The translations under genes and the position numbers were made by a program. The notes beneath the pieces are model-generated. The model was not told the DNA's origin, did not search any database, and saw only the letters and a list, made by a program, of their open reading frames with translations. A DNA stretch of 64,000 bases, taken from positions 181,288,001 through 181,352,000 of the forward strand of contig OX597816.1 in NCBI GenBank assembly GCA_951406725.2. The letters are read 5' to 3'. Below are positions 24,272 through 37,029 of this stretch, one piece after another (the first letter of the stretch is position 1; every line of letters starts with the position of its first letter). This stretch comes from Octopus vulgaris. Taxonomy: Eukaryota.

Positions 24272-24445
24272 TAGGCGCAGGAATGGCTGTGTGGTAAGTA
24301 GCTTGCTAACCAACCACATGGTTCCGGGTTCAGTCCCACTGCGTGGCATCTTGGGCAAGTGTCTTCTGCTATAGCCCCGGGCCGACCAATACCTTGTGAG
24401 TGGATTTGGTAGACGGAAACTGAAAAGAAGCCCGTCGTATATATG

Positions 24446-24476
<31 letters not shown>

Positions 24477-24680
24477 TTGTCCCCCTAGCATTGCTTGACA
24501 ACCGATGCTGGTGTGTTTACATCCCCGTCACTTAGCGGTTCGGCAAAAGAGACCGATAGAATAAGTACTGGGCTTACAAAGAATAAGTCCCGGTGTCGAT
24601 TTGCTCGACTAAAAGGTGGTGCTCCAGCATGGCCGCAGTCAAATGACTGAAACAAGTAAAAGAGTAAAAGAGTAAAAGAG
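24272..24680 (+). mobile_element. SINE family B (CORE-like), full length
   Basis: A/B-box-like head tggctgtgtggtaag..ggttcagtccc, cttgggcaagtgtctt core, internal TA/TG run, (gtaaaaga)n tail. Confidence 0.92.
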
Positions 24681-24837
24681 TATATATTTAATAAGTATCC
24701 AAATCTATATGGTTATTTAACTTCTACTTATTTAATTGTGAGAATCTCAATTTTTATTATTATTACAATCTTTTTTATTATTTATTTATTTGTTTATTGT
24801 TTTGCTTTTTTATCTCTTTTGCTTTTTTATCTTTTCT

Positions 24838-25050
24838 TTGTTTCAGTCATTTAACTGCGGCCATGCTGGAGTACCGCCTTTAGTTGAACAAATCGACGCC
24901 AGGACTCATTCTTTGTAAGCCTAGTCCTTATTCTATCGGTTCTCTTTTGCCGAACCGCTATGTTACGGAGACGTAAATACACCAGCATCGGATGTCAAGC
25001 GATGGTGAGGGGACAAATACATATACACAAACACATACACGCACACACAA
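24838..25050 (-). mobile_element. SINE family B, 3' half
   Basis: Reverse complement of 24480-24660. Confidence 0.9.
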
Positions 25051-25120
25051 ACATATGTGTGTGTGTGTGTATTTTTCAATGTGTACAAATAAAACGGAAA
25101 AAAAACAAATAAATAGTTAC

Positions 25121-25511
25121 CAGGCGTAGGAGTAGTTGTGTGGTATGTAGCTTACCACATGTTTCCAGGTTCAGCCCCACTGCGTGGCAAGTGTCTTCTA
25201 CTATAGCCACGGGCCGACCAAAGCATTGTGAGTGGATTTGGCAGACGGAAACTAAAAGAAGCCCGTCGTATATATGTATAAATTTATATGTGTTTGTGTG
25301 TGTGTATATGTTTGTGTGTCTGTGTTTGTCCCCCAAAATCGCTTGACAACCGATGCTGGTGTGTTACGTCCACGTAACTCAGCGGTTCGGCAAAGAGACC
25401 GACAGAATAAGTACTAGGCTTACAAAGAATAAGTCCTGGGGTCAAGTTGCTCGACTAAAGGCGGTGATCCAGCATAGCCACAGTCAAATGACTGAAACAA
25501 GTAAAAGAGTA
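25121..25511 (+). mobile_element. SINE family B
   Basis: Colinear with 24272-24680. Confidence 0.92.
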
Positions 25512-25619
25512 ACAAAAATTCTCATAAGTCCCAAGGGTATTACAGCCTACTTATAAAGGTAGAAATTCCAGGGTTGAGTGAAATGTTTTTGTATAACATA
25601 GATAAATTAAGAAATGGAG

Positions 25620-26900
25620 TCAAACGCAGGTTTTATTCAAATCTTTATACTTCCGACATATGTTCCGAAGAAATCATTGATATTATTCCGAGGGGAATAA
25701 AATGATGTAAAACAATGCAATCATCTCGTCAGGGAAAAAAAGAGAAACAAAACACATCAATAAACCATTTTAACCAAATGTGATTACTGCATATATGATG
25801 AAGGGGAACGCTGGCAAGTTATTTTCTTTAAAAAGCGTTAATAGATTTAACGTCAAAGGTAATTTAGAGAAAGAGGAGGAGAAAGAAATTAGCAGAAAAT
25901 TAAGATTGGAGAAATATAGTGCGATAGATGAATGGCAACAGATATATGTAGTGGAAATGAAATGTAAGAAGACAGTTAAAGTTTGAACTTTATAGGTTGT
26001 TAGAAATGACTTATAGGAACTAAAAGCATGTTTTTGCTAATGTTTGCAACGATAAACGAGTTCTTTAAACGTGTTTACAGGAGAATTCTCCGAGAACAGA
26101 ATGAGATATTGTTCTTCGTTACAGAGCGGACAAAAAGATTAACCTTTATCATATGGAAAGGATCTAGATAGAATATTCCATTCCAAACCAAATTAATTTC
26201 CTAAGCCCAGTATTGTTACGTTTATTGATATGATTAAATGTAGAGTAATGGCTAGATATTCTTCTGGACAACTGGAAGTAATTTTACATTGATAAACAGA
26301 GTTTCTAGTCTTAAGATTACTGCTAAGGAAATGAACGCGATTCGAATTTATATTATAATTATTTTTCAAAGAATGGTTAGTGTTAATAATATCAATGTTA
26401 TTTTCATTAAGTTGATTTGTATTTAACAACTTATCGTTATGCGAAGAGATGATTTGTGAAAGGTTTTTGGTGTTTGAAAACCCTATTCTAATTCGGTGTG
26501 AATTGATAATGGAATGGTATCTTGAATTTTTGGGGAAATTTTTATCTATGGCTTCACGAAACAGGTAAGAGAAGTTGGATTTGATCTTTTTACCATAGGG
26601 GATTATCAACGAAACAGTTTTACTAGGACATACCTTGTTGTTAGGGTAATTCTTTTTAAAAATCCTAGATTAACTTTTAATACGTAAAAAGGGACTTAAA
26701 GAACGCTTATCTCCCTTACGCTGCAAAATTACATTTTTCGATTTAGCGTTGTTATTCGAACTAAACTTTATATTATTATTACCGTTATGACGTGTTTTCA
26801 TGTCCTGATTAGTAGAGGTAGAATTAATGTCAATAGTTATAACTCTGCCTTACTTAAAGCAGGCTATAAAGAAAAGAATCCTATATAAACCCTACATAAA
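25620..26900 (-). mobile_element. Penelope-like element fragment (RT thumb/linker, GIY-YIG, 3' HHR) with a 5' inversion
   Basis: ORF 26193-26609 IIPYGKKIKSN..IDKNFP..YHSIIN..GFSNTKNL..IISSHN..LL, VYQCKI; then LEWNILS..PYDKG..CPLCNEE; plus-strand YNSALLKAGYKEK at 26832-26875. Confidence 0.85.
25651..25736 (-). ncRNA. Type I hammerhead motif with GAAA changed to GGAA
   Basis: Stem I ttcc/ggaa, CTGACGA, long stem II, GGAA, CATATG, GUC. Confidence 0.72.
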
Positions 26901-29019
26901 TTGAAGTAGAAGTATATATTTATTAACTCTTACAAGAGTAGACGCATTTCGTTCGTTCTTGGAATTTGGCTGAGAGCATTAGAATGAAAGAACACGCAGA
27001 GGACTTTTATCTCTTAGTCAGAAGGAAAGCCAGTTTCCATAACGCTTTACAGAGTCTCCGTAACTGACGGAAGTGAGAGAAGAAGGATTGCAGACTTGGC
27101 CCAAATGCTTCCGTTAAAGGTATCCAAAGGTCAAGAGGTATCCAAAGGTCAAGCGGTGCTACTAAACCGGTCAATAGATGAAGTTTATCACCTAAACAGA
27201 TTGTAATATGTAGTAGAGAGAAGTATATTTGCTATGCAGTGTGCAATGTGTAGCGTGCAGGATAAAGTGTGTAGTGTGAATATACAGTAGAGAGAGAGAG
27301 AGAGATGAAAAGTACAATGTATTTTAATGTGATGAAGTGCATGTTGAGATACATTGTGCAGCAAGAATTAGCGTGATGCAATGTTGCCGTGCAGTGTTAA
27401 GGAGTGACTAGCATTGTACAGAAGCATGTCGTGTGTTGCCGTGAAATGAAATCTATATTGGTGTAGTGTGCAGCTGTATTTGATGTAGTATTGAGATGCT
27501 GTGTATATTGATCTATATACGTGTGTCATACAGCAGGGTTTGGAAGACTAAGGGTTATTGTAAACTAGAATTTGTCTGCCAAACGGTTTCTCAGAAAGTC
27601 GTTTATCCTAATTATGTAAATGTATAAAAAAATATGGCGAAGAGTAAAGTGTAGAGTAGTATTAAGGACTGGCCTAAAAAAGTTGACCTCTAGCTACATT
27701 GAGATTATAATTTGGAATGAAAAGTATAAGTGTGTGCCTGTGCGCGTGTATATGTGCGCGCATGTGTGTAATATTTAATGAGACAGAGCAAAATGTATAA
27801 ATAGATATCTGTAAAAGTCATTGAAGTGAGGCAATTATTAACAGAAAAGTGAGAAGAAACAGATCCGAAATGGAAAATGGATAAAATAAATAAGATGAAT
27901 ATTAATAAATAGAAGTATCAAAGTTAATGGATTAGTTAATTAGTGAGATTACAATTCTAGAGTTTGTTAGTGATAACTTTCAATTTCATCATCATCAATG
28001 GTAAATATTGGACCATTGTGTTAAAATAGTTATAAAACACTTAAACGAAAAACAAATAAATATGGAAATAAGTAGAGTAATATAGAAGATGAATAAGTGA
28101 AAGTTCTAAAGTAAGGAAGTTATTCGTTGTCTTGTGTCGTGCCAGAACTGAAGTAAAGCCTTTCAATTCTTTTGAATCATCGAAAGACTTATTAAATATA
28201 CTGCTAATATCAGATTTCGTCAGGTTTACGAGCCTAAGTATTTGATTTAAAATACCGGTATAGTCATTGAAGGTAAAGTAAGGAAGTATTGGTGGAAAGA
28301 GTGCTGTACAGTTGTCGGCGTTGAGTGGCAATACAATATTTGTTTCCGTTTGAGATCGTTAAGCGTTTTTTTAGTAGTTTCTCTTTTTTGTTTACTTATT
28401 GGTAATTGCACTAGAAGTAAGATGGCGATATGTGTTCTGATCTATTCCCTACAGAATTTTAGTTTTTAAAAGCACTCGTTTGACTTTTAGCTTTTCTTTT
28501 CTCCCGTCTTCTAATGTCTGACTTCTTACATTACTTCACAATATAAACACTTATAGCTACTATTGCTGTTAGTATCGTCGTTGTCACCACCATTACCCTC
28601 GTATATATCTTTCAAACATCTCTAATAGAGTATCTCCTCCTAAAACACAGAAATCAACTAGAATTGATGAACACTTTAGTTTTAAGTCTAATAGATCTCC
28701 ATCAGTGACAAACTTTTTATATCCTTTGAAAATCGTAACATAAACATCTAATCGATATATATATATACAGAGAGAGAGTGACAGACAGAGAGAGAAAGAG
28801 AGAGAGAGAGGTTGGGAGGGAGAAAATGGAAAATCTGTACGGGGTTTTTTAGTATGCAAACTCATGTGTTGCTTCTAATGTGGTCACGAGCAAACACAAA
28901 AAAAAATAATTTGATACCAACGCTTAATAACACCATCGGAAAAGAATGCTTGATAACAGCATCTCCATTGGCGACAGCAGAAAGCCTCTTCTACCAACAC
29001 TCCTTCATTTTACATTTAA

Positions 29020-29095
29020 GGACTAAAACAGAATGTAAGGACAAATCAGAATTTGAGGATAATTCAGAATTTGAGGACAAGTCAGAATTAAAAGA
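29020..29095. repeat. 18-bp minisatellite (tcagaatttgaggacaag), 3-4 copies
   Basis: Seen directly. Confidence 0.8.
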
Positions 29096-29302
29096 TCGTT
29101 TAGACTTATAAACTCTACGAAATCATATTCAAACCAACATTTAGAGAAGCTTCACCTCAGCCATTGTAGGGAAACATTCTTGAAGTCATAGACTGGTTTA
29201 ATTTCATTCCTAATGAAGAATACAATCGAAAATTAATCTGCATCTATAAAAGAACTGCGGAACCTCAAAGCAATCAGCTTTTTCTAGCATTATTCATCAT
29301 GC

Positions 29303-29522
29303 AAGGTGGCGAGCTGGCAGAAACGTTAGCACGCCGGGCGAAATACCTGGCGGTATTTCGTCCGTCTTTACGTTCTGAGATCAAATTCAGCCAAGGTCGA
29401 CTTTGCCTTTCATCTTTTCGGGGTCGATAAATTAAGAATCAATTGCGTATTGGAGTCTATCTAATCGACTGTCCCCCTCCCCAAAAATTTCGGTTCTTGT
29501 GCTTTGAGTAGGAAAGAATAAT
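29303..29522 (+). mobile_element. SINE family A
   Basis: Full head, core and tail. Confidence 0.9.
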
Positions 29523-29587
29523 ATTCATCATGCACGGAAAACTGCGGTTCATATGTTTTGGGATAAGTGAGTGTATAAACGTATATA

Positions 29588-30877
29588 CGAGGGGCGTTCA
29601 ATAAGTAATGCCCCTGACCCACTTCCCATAGCAGTAGAGCAACGAAACTTGGCACAGTTATTAGTCTTTTTCTACATAGGAACCACCCAGAGTTACGCAT
29701 TTCTGCCATCGTTTGATGCAGCGCTGGAGACCGTTTTTGTAGAAGACCCCAGCTTGGTCCTCCAACCACGACGTGACTTTAGAAATCAAGGCTGCATCAT
29801 CTGTGAAATGCTTTCCTTTCAAAACAAACTTCATAGCTGGGAAGAGGTGAAAATCAGAGGGTGCAAGGTCAGGAGCGTAGGGGGGATGAGGGAGGAGTTC
29901 ATAGCAGCACGCCTGTGCTTCTGATCTGGCGACACGCGAGTTGTGGATGCGAGTTGTCCTGCAGGAGGAGGATGCCTTTGCTGATCTTGCCCCACCTCTT
30001 GATTTTGATAGCTTCTCATAATTTCCTCAAAAGTGAAGCATAATAGGCTCCTGTAATTGTGGTACCCTTTGCCAGGAAATCTGTCATCACTACTCCGTCC
30101 TGGTCCCAGAAGACTGTGAGCATGATCTTGCCAGCGGAGGGCTGCACCCTTGCCTTCTTTGGAGGAGGTGAGTCACGGTGCTTCCACTGCATTGACTGGG
30201 CTTTAGTCTCTGAATCATAGTGATGGATCCAGGTTTCATCCTGTGTAATCAGTCTTTTGAAAAATTTTGACTCATCTTCTTGGCACATCTCCAAATTCAT
30301 CCTCGAGCACTCGACGCGTGCTTGCTTCTGGAAAGGTGTGAGCAACCTGGGAATCCATCTGGAAGACACCTTTTGCATATGCAAATGGTCATGAATGATA
30401 GTTTCCACAGACCCGGTACTAATCTTGACCTCATGGGCTATTTGGCGAATAGTTATGCATCGATCTTCCAAAATGGCAGCTTCAACTTGATGGACAGATG
30501 CCTCATCAATGGCAGAAGGGGGTGACCAGATCTGGGAGCTGTTTCCACAGAGTTCCGATCATGTTTGAATTCACGATGCCAGCGTTTTACAAGGTCATAT
30601 GATGGGGCATCATCACCATAAGTTATTTTCATTTCATCAAAAGTCTCCTGTGGTGTGCGTCCTTTCAAATACAAAAACCGGATCACTGCTCGACACTCAA
30701 CAGGCTCCATGTCACACTTGACTCGGTTCAAACACCTGTAAATCAGAAACCACAATTAGTTCGGAGCTGTAATTTGCCACTTAATCTATAGAGATATAAA
30801 TAATTGCACATGCAAAATTTCAGCTAGATCAAACAACTGCAAGTGGGTCAGAGACATCACTTATTGAACGTCCCTCG
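29588..30877 (-). mobile_element. Full-length mariner, same family as 2656-3937; copy 2
   Basis: Same TIRs, TA on both sides; WIPRLL, ITQDETW, PYAPDLAPSDF; one internal stop and frameshifts. Confidence 0.97.
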
Positions 30878-31361
30878 TATGTGTTTACTTGTCCTGTTTT
30901 CCATTTTTTCTCGTTGTTTACGTATTTAACTCGATTGTTTATGTATTTCATGCTATTTGCACCGTTAGTGACGTCTGTACCCATATATACATGTATATAT
31001 ATATATTATTCAATTGAACGCGACGCATCCATTTCCAAGTAAGTTTATCTTCACCTTGATGCGACTCTACTCTATACTGTTTTCGTCCTCCAACCTTCTC
31101 TAATTCCCTTTTCTCCCCTCTCTCCTTCACTATTTTCTGTCTGTCTCTATCTCTCTCTCCCTCTTTCTCTTTTCTCTCTCTCTCGTTGTTCACACGTGAC
31201 CGTCGTCCATCTTTCTTTTCCTCACGTGACCATCTTTCTTTTTCAGTACGGATGTTCAAAAGAACAGACGTGTTTTTATCTCTCTCTTCTATCTTTACTC
31301 TTTTCAAAATAAGATGTTTCTCCCATTACTGATGATATATATATATATGTGTGTGTGTATA

Positions 31362-32619
31362 CGTGGGAGAGTCAAAAATGTTACGCACACTTATTTCTTC
31401 AATGTATTTACACAAAATCGGGGGATAAACAAGTTCGTTATTTTTCTATTTTGTCTTTACGATGCATTTGGTCCAGTGGTCCACAAACTTGCGTATTCCA
31501 AGAAGAAGCTGCAACCATTTATGCACTACTTTCTTCACATCTTCAACCGTTGGAAATAGACGACCTCGTAAAACATTTTTTAGCGGTTCAAAGATATGAC
31601 AGTCGAAAGGGGATAAATCTGGGCTGTAGGCAGAGTGTTCCAGCCCCTCAAAGCACAATTAGTTAATGGTTTCAACGGTCTGGGCGGCCGTGTTAGACGT
31701 GCATTGTCATGCAAACTCTCTTCGACAATAGGCTTCAGCGTTTGGTGCGACTTGCTGGATTCAGTTTGTTGGCCAGCAAAGCGCCGTATCTTGCACTGTT
31801 GATCCAGGTAATCGTCCTGGATAGGCCATTTTGAGTCCTAGAAAAGGGTTAGCATCACCTTTCCCGCGGAAGACTGAGTCTTGAATTTGTCGCTGGCGAT
31901 CCAGGCTGTTTCCACGCCATACGCTGTCTTTTGGATTCTGCCTCATAATGATGGACCCACGTTTCATCTCCTGTGACTATTCTGCTAAAAAATTCATTGC
32001 CCTCTTTGTTGTAGCGATCGAGTAAATGTTGGCAGACTTTAAAACGTTTGCGCTTGTGCGCTGCTGTAAGCGTTCTTAGCACCCATCTTGCACAGGCTTT
32101 ATGGGAGCCAAACTCATCGTGGATGATTTGATAGGCCGAACTATGACTAATCTGCAAAGACCGAGCTACCTCATCGATGATAACTTGCTGGTGCACCATT
32201 ACCATCACTCGAGCTTACTGAATCTTCTCGTCGGCGATGGAGGTTGATGGGTGTCCTGCTCCCTCTTCGTGCGTCACACTTGTCTAGTAACTTTTAAACT
32301 TTTCGATCCACTCATACACACCGCTACGCAGTAGTGTAGAGTCCCCATATTGTGTTAAAAGCCTCTGATGAATTTCAGCACCTGACACACCTTCCGACCA
32401 GAGGAATCGGATCATAGCTCTTTGTTCTTCTCGACTAACACATTGCTCGTCGAGAGGCCATGCTTACACTGTAAAGCTAGAAAGAAAAATGGCGCGATCA
32501 GGCTCAAACTTCGATCACGTGATTAAAATAGTACCAACTATAAGTAAGCATGTGCAGACGTCAATGTGACAATAACAAAGATATGTTACGGTGAAAATGA
32601 AGATAACTTTTGACTTCTC

Positions 32620-32622
<3 letters not shown>
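31362..32622 (-). mobile_element. Older mariner of a second family
   Basis: ARWVLR, IVTGDETWVHHY, YSPDLSPFD; degenerate TIRs cgtgggagagtcaaaa and its counterpart; TA flanks. Confidence 0.9.
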
Positions 32623-32679
<57 letters not shown>

Positions 32680-32949
32680 ATATGAATTTGAATACATTGC
32701 TAGTCGAGCATGTTGTAAACATTTTCGAACACACATATACAATGTAATTCCTCTGCTTGTTTTATACACAATGTATGTCGTCTGCTTGTTTATCAACATC
32801 ACGTACCTGAACAGAGTTGTCTCGCCTGTCTATGACATTTATGTGTTTTAACACCCGGCGCTTTGAGGGGGTTATCTCCACTGCATCAAATCGCAGCCTA
32901 CCGGTGAACAGGCAATTCGTATGTATTGAGGAATGAGTTCGATAATACA

Positions 32950-32992
<43 letters not shown>

Positions 32993-33065
32993 CACCATAC
33001 TAATACAATTGTTTGTTTGTTTTCCACCTGCCTTCGTCTTTTGTCTATTTTCATAAAGCTTCCCG

Positions 33066-33110
<45 letters not shown>

Positions 33111-34319
33111 CATATATATATATATATGTATATACATATATATATACACACACACACACACACAATATATATATATATATATGTATATGTATATATATGT
33201 ATGTATGTATACATTAATCTAAATACATATATATATATATATACACATTAATATATATATATACATATATATATATAAATAAATACATACATGCATTCAT
33301 ACATGTACGTGTGTGTGTGTGTGTAATTAGAGTTAAACCATCGGAGATCGTGTTTCGAGGCTGAAATAATTATACAATGGAAGCGGTGTGTTTGCTAGTT
33401 AAACACACATATATATATATACTGTTACATTAACTTTCGTGCCATTACGGGTTGATACGATGTACTATAAAATATCAAATTATTTCGTCATACATGTACG
33501 GTCGAGCCACTGACACAATTTTTACATCTCCGAAATACTGCAACTTCGGTCTCTGCAATAGTTTTTTTTTTCTTTCGAAGCTGCTCACGTCCTCCATTAG
33601 AAATGGTATCATCTCATAGTGCATGATGTCACACTTGTATCTGCTTCTTCAAGTTCACATACGAATGTGACTGGCTGTACTGGCAAATGAGGAATTGCTA
33701 TGTTGTTTCATTAGTATTAAGTTGTTGCTTGTTGCTGTTTAAATTTTTATTTCTTCAGTCGTCATCGTTGTTTCTCTTATTGTTGTTCCTTGTGCTGCTG
33801 CTGCTGCAGCAAATGGCTGTGTAAATTTTCTTATCTGCATGTCGTTGGTATGACGTCAATGTAGTGTAGTAATAACACCAATGCTTTTGATTGTTATGGT
33901 TGCAATAGTTGTGATTCGTTACGTTATGTTATTGTTGTTCTGAATAATTACTGTTGTTCGTTAACACTATCTCTGCTGTGTGTGTTTTTAATAATCTTTT
34001 TTTTACCCTCTCATTTCCTTCCGACGACGACATGTTTTTCCTTTTCCAATTTCTGTCTTTTTTTGTTTTGTTTTTTGGGTTTTTTTTTTTGCTAATGAAA
34101 TTATGGATTTGTTAAAATCCTTAATGGTTCGACGAAGATCAGTTTCCAAAGGCTCATACCTACATTGCGAGTTAGTCTTTCAATAAAATTGTCACTAAAT
34201 AAACAATTATTTATGAAGTTCTCCAATATAGAAGAGCAACAAAAAATTGACGAAATTTGCGGCTGTAGCAAATTTTGTAGGGATAAGGACAAATGTAGTA
34301 AACATTATCATAATGTTGA

Positions 34320-34527
34320 TTTCAAATTTTTGCACAAGGCCAGCAATGTTAAGGAGGGGGTAAATCGATTGCATGAACCCCATACTCAACTGGTACTTTA
34401 TTTTATTCACCCCGACGGATGGAAGGCAAAGTCGAGCTCGGCGGAATTTAAACTCAGAACGTAAAGATGGACGAAATGCAGCTAAAAAGTGTGTCCAGCG
34501 AAAATAACGATTCTGCTCGTTCACCGA
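34320..34527 (-). mobile_element. SINE family A
   Basis: Reverse-complement core and tail. Confidence 0.8.
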
Positions 34528-34593
34528 CTTTTAAGCATAATCATAAAATTTTAAAAAAACAACAACAACAACAATAATAATAATGACATGATT

Positions 34594-34653
<60 letters not shown>

Positions 34654-35168
34654 TGCCCTGATGCAGTACCAGGCAGTGGCTCTAGTGGCTTCTGATCTTA
34701 ACTGATTGAAAGTGTTATCATGTGCATTGTTCTGCTCAATACCACAGATTTGCTTGTTAGTTGCTTGACATCAGCTATTTGAGCATGTCCCTTAATGGCT
34801 GACGATATGTACATCTCTGATCACGAACAGAAGCAGTGGGGGAGCATCATAACCATGTGTTGAGAGGGATTCTTTGGGGTTTTAATAATTCACCTCTGGA
34901 AACATGGGTGGTTCTTTCAACATCCTTAAACAACCCTTATTCAGGGACCTTTTGAGCGGGATGAATTACTCGACCAGAAGAAAATTCTAACTGGGCCCCA
35001 CCTGCAAGGTCATGTGCTTTTTGTCTTGATATGAGATCACCATGTCGTGCACATATGGTTGTGATGCATGTGCCTGGTGTACCCTTATGAGACGAGTAGT
35101 CATGGTAGATATACTGGGTTTCGTATATTTTACCCCAGTGTCACTTTGATGGCATGCACTGCTCTCTC
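34654..35168. mobile_element. About 515-bp non-coding element embedded in (TAA)n
   Basis: Sharp boundaries, higher GC, pure (TAA)n on both sides; no ORF and no TIR. Confidence 0.7.
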
Positions 35169-35202
<34 letters not shown>

Positions 35203-35203
35203 G

Positions 35204-35383
35204 TTTCAAATTTTGCCACGAGGGCAGCCCTTTGGAGGAGAGGATAAGTCGATTACGTTGACCCCAGTACTTGATTGGTACTTAATTTATCGACTCCGAA
35301 AGGATGAAAGACAAAGACGACCTCGGCGGAACTTGAACTCAGAACATAAAGACAGACGAAATGCCGCTAAGCAGTGTGTCCGC
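35204..35383 (-). mobile_element. SINE family A, head truncated
   Basis: Reverse-complement core. Confidence 0.8.
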
Positions 35384-36255
35384 TAATGGTTCAACGAAGA
35401 TCAAACACCAAAGGCTCAAACCTACATTGCAAGTCAGTCTTTCTACAATTCTTATAACAATTCGACTTTTGAGCATAATCATGATATTAACAAAAACAAC
35501 AACAACTTCAACACCAAAAAACTGGTTGATTTTTTTAAAAAAAAACTTACTTAAAGCTAAAATTACATCAGGTATACAAATAAAACTCTTAAAAGAAAAG
35601 TACATAAGACAAAGAACGAACAAAACATCTGATTCAAAAATACAAACAATAAAAACAGAAACATTAAAATAAACATTGAGAATGTAAATATTGAAGATAG
35701 ATAAAACGCCATCGAAACAAGGAAAATAATAGAGCATAGATATATGAACCAAAAGAAAACTGATGACGAAAACGAAAACAGCATTGCACTATCAAAAATA
35801 CATAACGAAGAAAATATGGAAAAGATCAAGCAAGTTCAGAATTTTTAAGTTGAAAATATTGAACAACTTGTTAAAGAATTACAAATTGATAAAACTTCCT
35901 TTGGACTAACAAAAGATCCTCTCAAAGATAAACTTTTACGTTAAAGTAGCAACAATGATAAAAAAGTTAGTCCATCAAAAACATATTGGAAAAAGTTACA
36001 AATATCAATGTTACCAGAATAAATCAACCATTATAATTAACAACCAGAATAGTCGCAAAACGAAATGGATATCGACCCATAATTACTTTTCGGTTGTTTA
36101 TATTCTGTTAGTATTCCTTGTACTGTCTGATAAGTTATTAGCTCTTTCCCTGGTTGTTTCCTCTGTTGCGCTTAATTTAGTATTCTCGTCCGTCGCTGAT
36201 AATTCACTAACATCTCCATTTGGGTTCTTACAGCAGAAAAAGATAACGTAAAGTA

Positions 36256-37013
36256 CAGGGGTTGGACAAAATAATGGAAACACCTTAAAATTTCAAACAA
36301 ATTTGGTTTAACATGGGGTAGGACCGCCTTTGGCAATAATTACAGCTTGAATTCTACGAGGTATGGACTCGTACAAAGTTTGAATTGTTTCCAAAGGGAT
36401 TTTTGTCCGTTCTTCAGCTAAAACAGTCTCCAGTTCTTGTAGTGATGATGGTGGAGGATATCGACCCCTTACTTGTCTTTCTAAAATGCACCATAAATGT
36501 TCGATAATATTGGGATCTGGGGACGGTGGTGGCCAAATAAGATGTTCAACTTCACTAGAATGTTCCTCATACAATTCAGTAACAACTTTAGTTGTGTGAA
36601 TTGGTGCATTATCATCCTGAAAGATTGCGTTTCTCTCCAGAAAGAGTTCCGCAACCATAGGTTGAATTTGATCAGCTAAAATGCTTAAATAGTATTGACT
36701 ATTAATTCTGCTATAAAGAGAAACCATTGGGCCGGCGGATTTCCAAGATATAGCCACACCCCTCGATTATCACAGATCTTTCTCCATGTTTAACAGTCGG
36801 AAGAAGGCAGTCTGGGTCAAATGCTTCTTTTGGCTGTCTCCACACTATACTCGGCCGGTGGTCGGAAATAAGGTAAAGGATGACTCGTCCGAGAAAATAA
36901 CATTCTTCCACTGCTCTAGCGACCAATTCTGTAGGTTTTTGAAAGTAGTGGTCTTCTGATTTGCAGCCCTCCCGTGAAATCTAGCTTTGTGCAGCTCCCG
37001 GCGAACAGTTTTT
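36256..37013 (-). mobile_element. Tc1-like (DD34E) transposon, 3' half only
   Basis: TA followed by caggggttggacaaaataatggaaac terminus; FSDES, FQDDNAPIH, WPPPSPDPNIIEHLW. Confidence 0.93.
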
Positions 37014-37029
37014 GTATAGAAGCTCTTGT

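Noticed and set aside
24272-24345. tRNA gene
   Set aside because: A/B-box-like head of a repeated SINE, not a cloverleaf. No real tRNA or rRNA genes were seen.
28041-28331. 96-aa minus-strand ORF
   Set aside because: No recognisable motif; probably decayed repeat sequence or chance.
34654-34715. ctgatgc...gaaa as an HHR at the start of the TAA element
   Set aside because: Core is not CUGANGA and the stems do not close.
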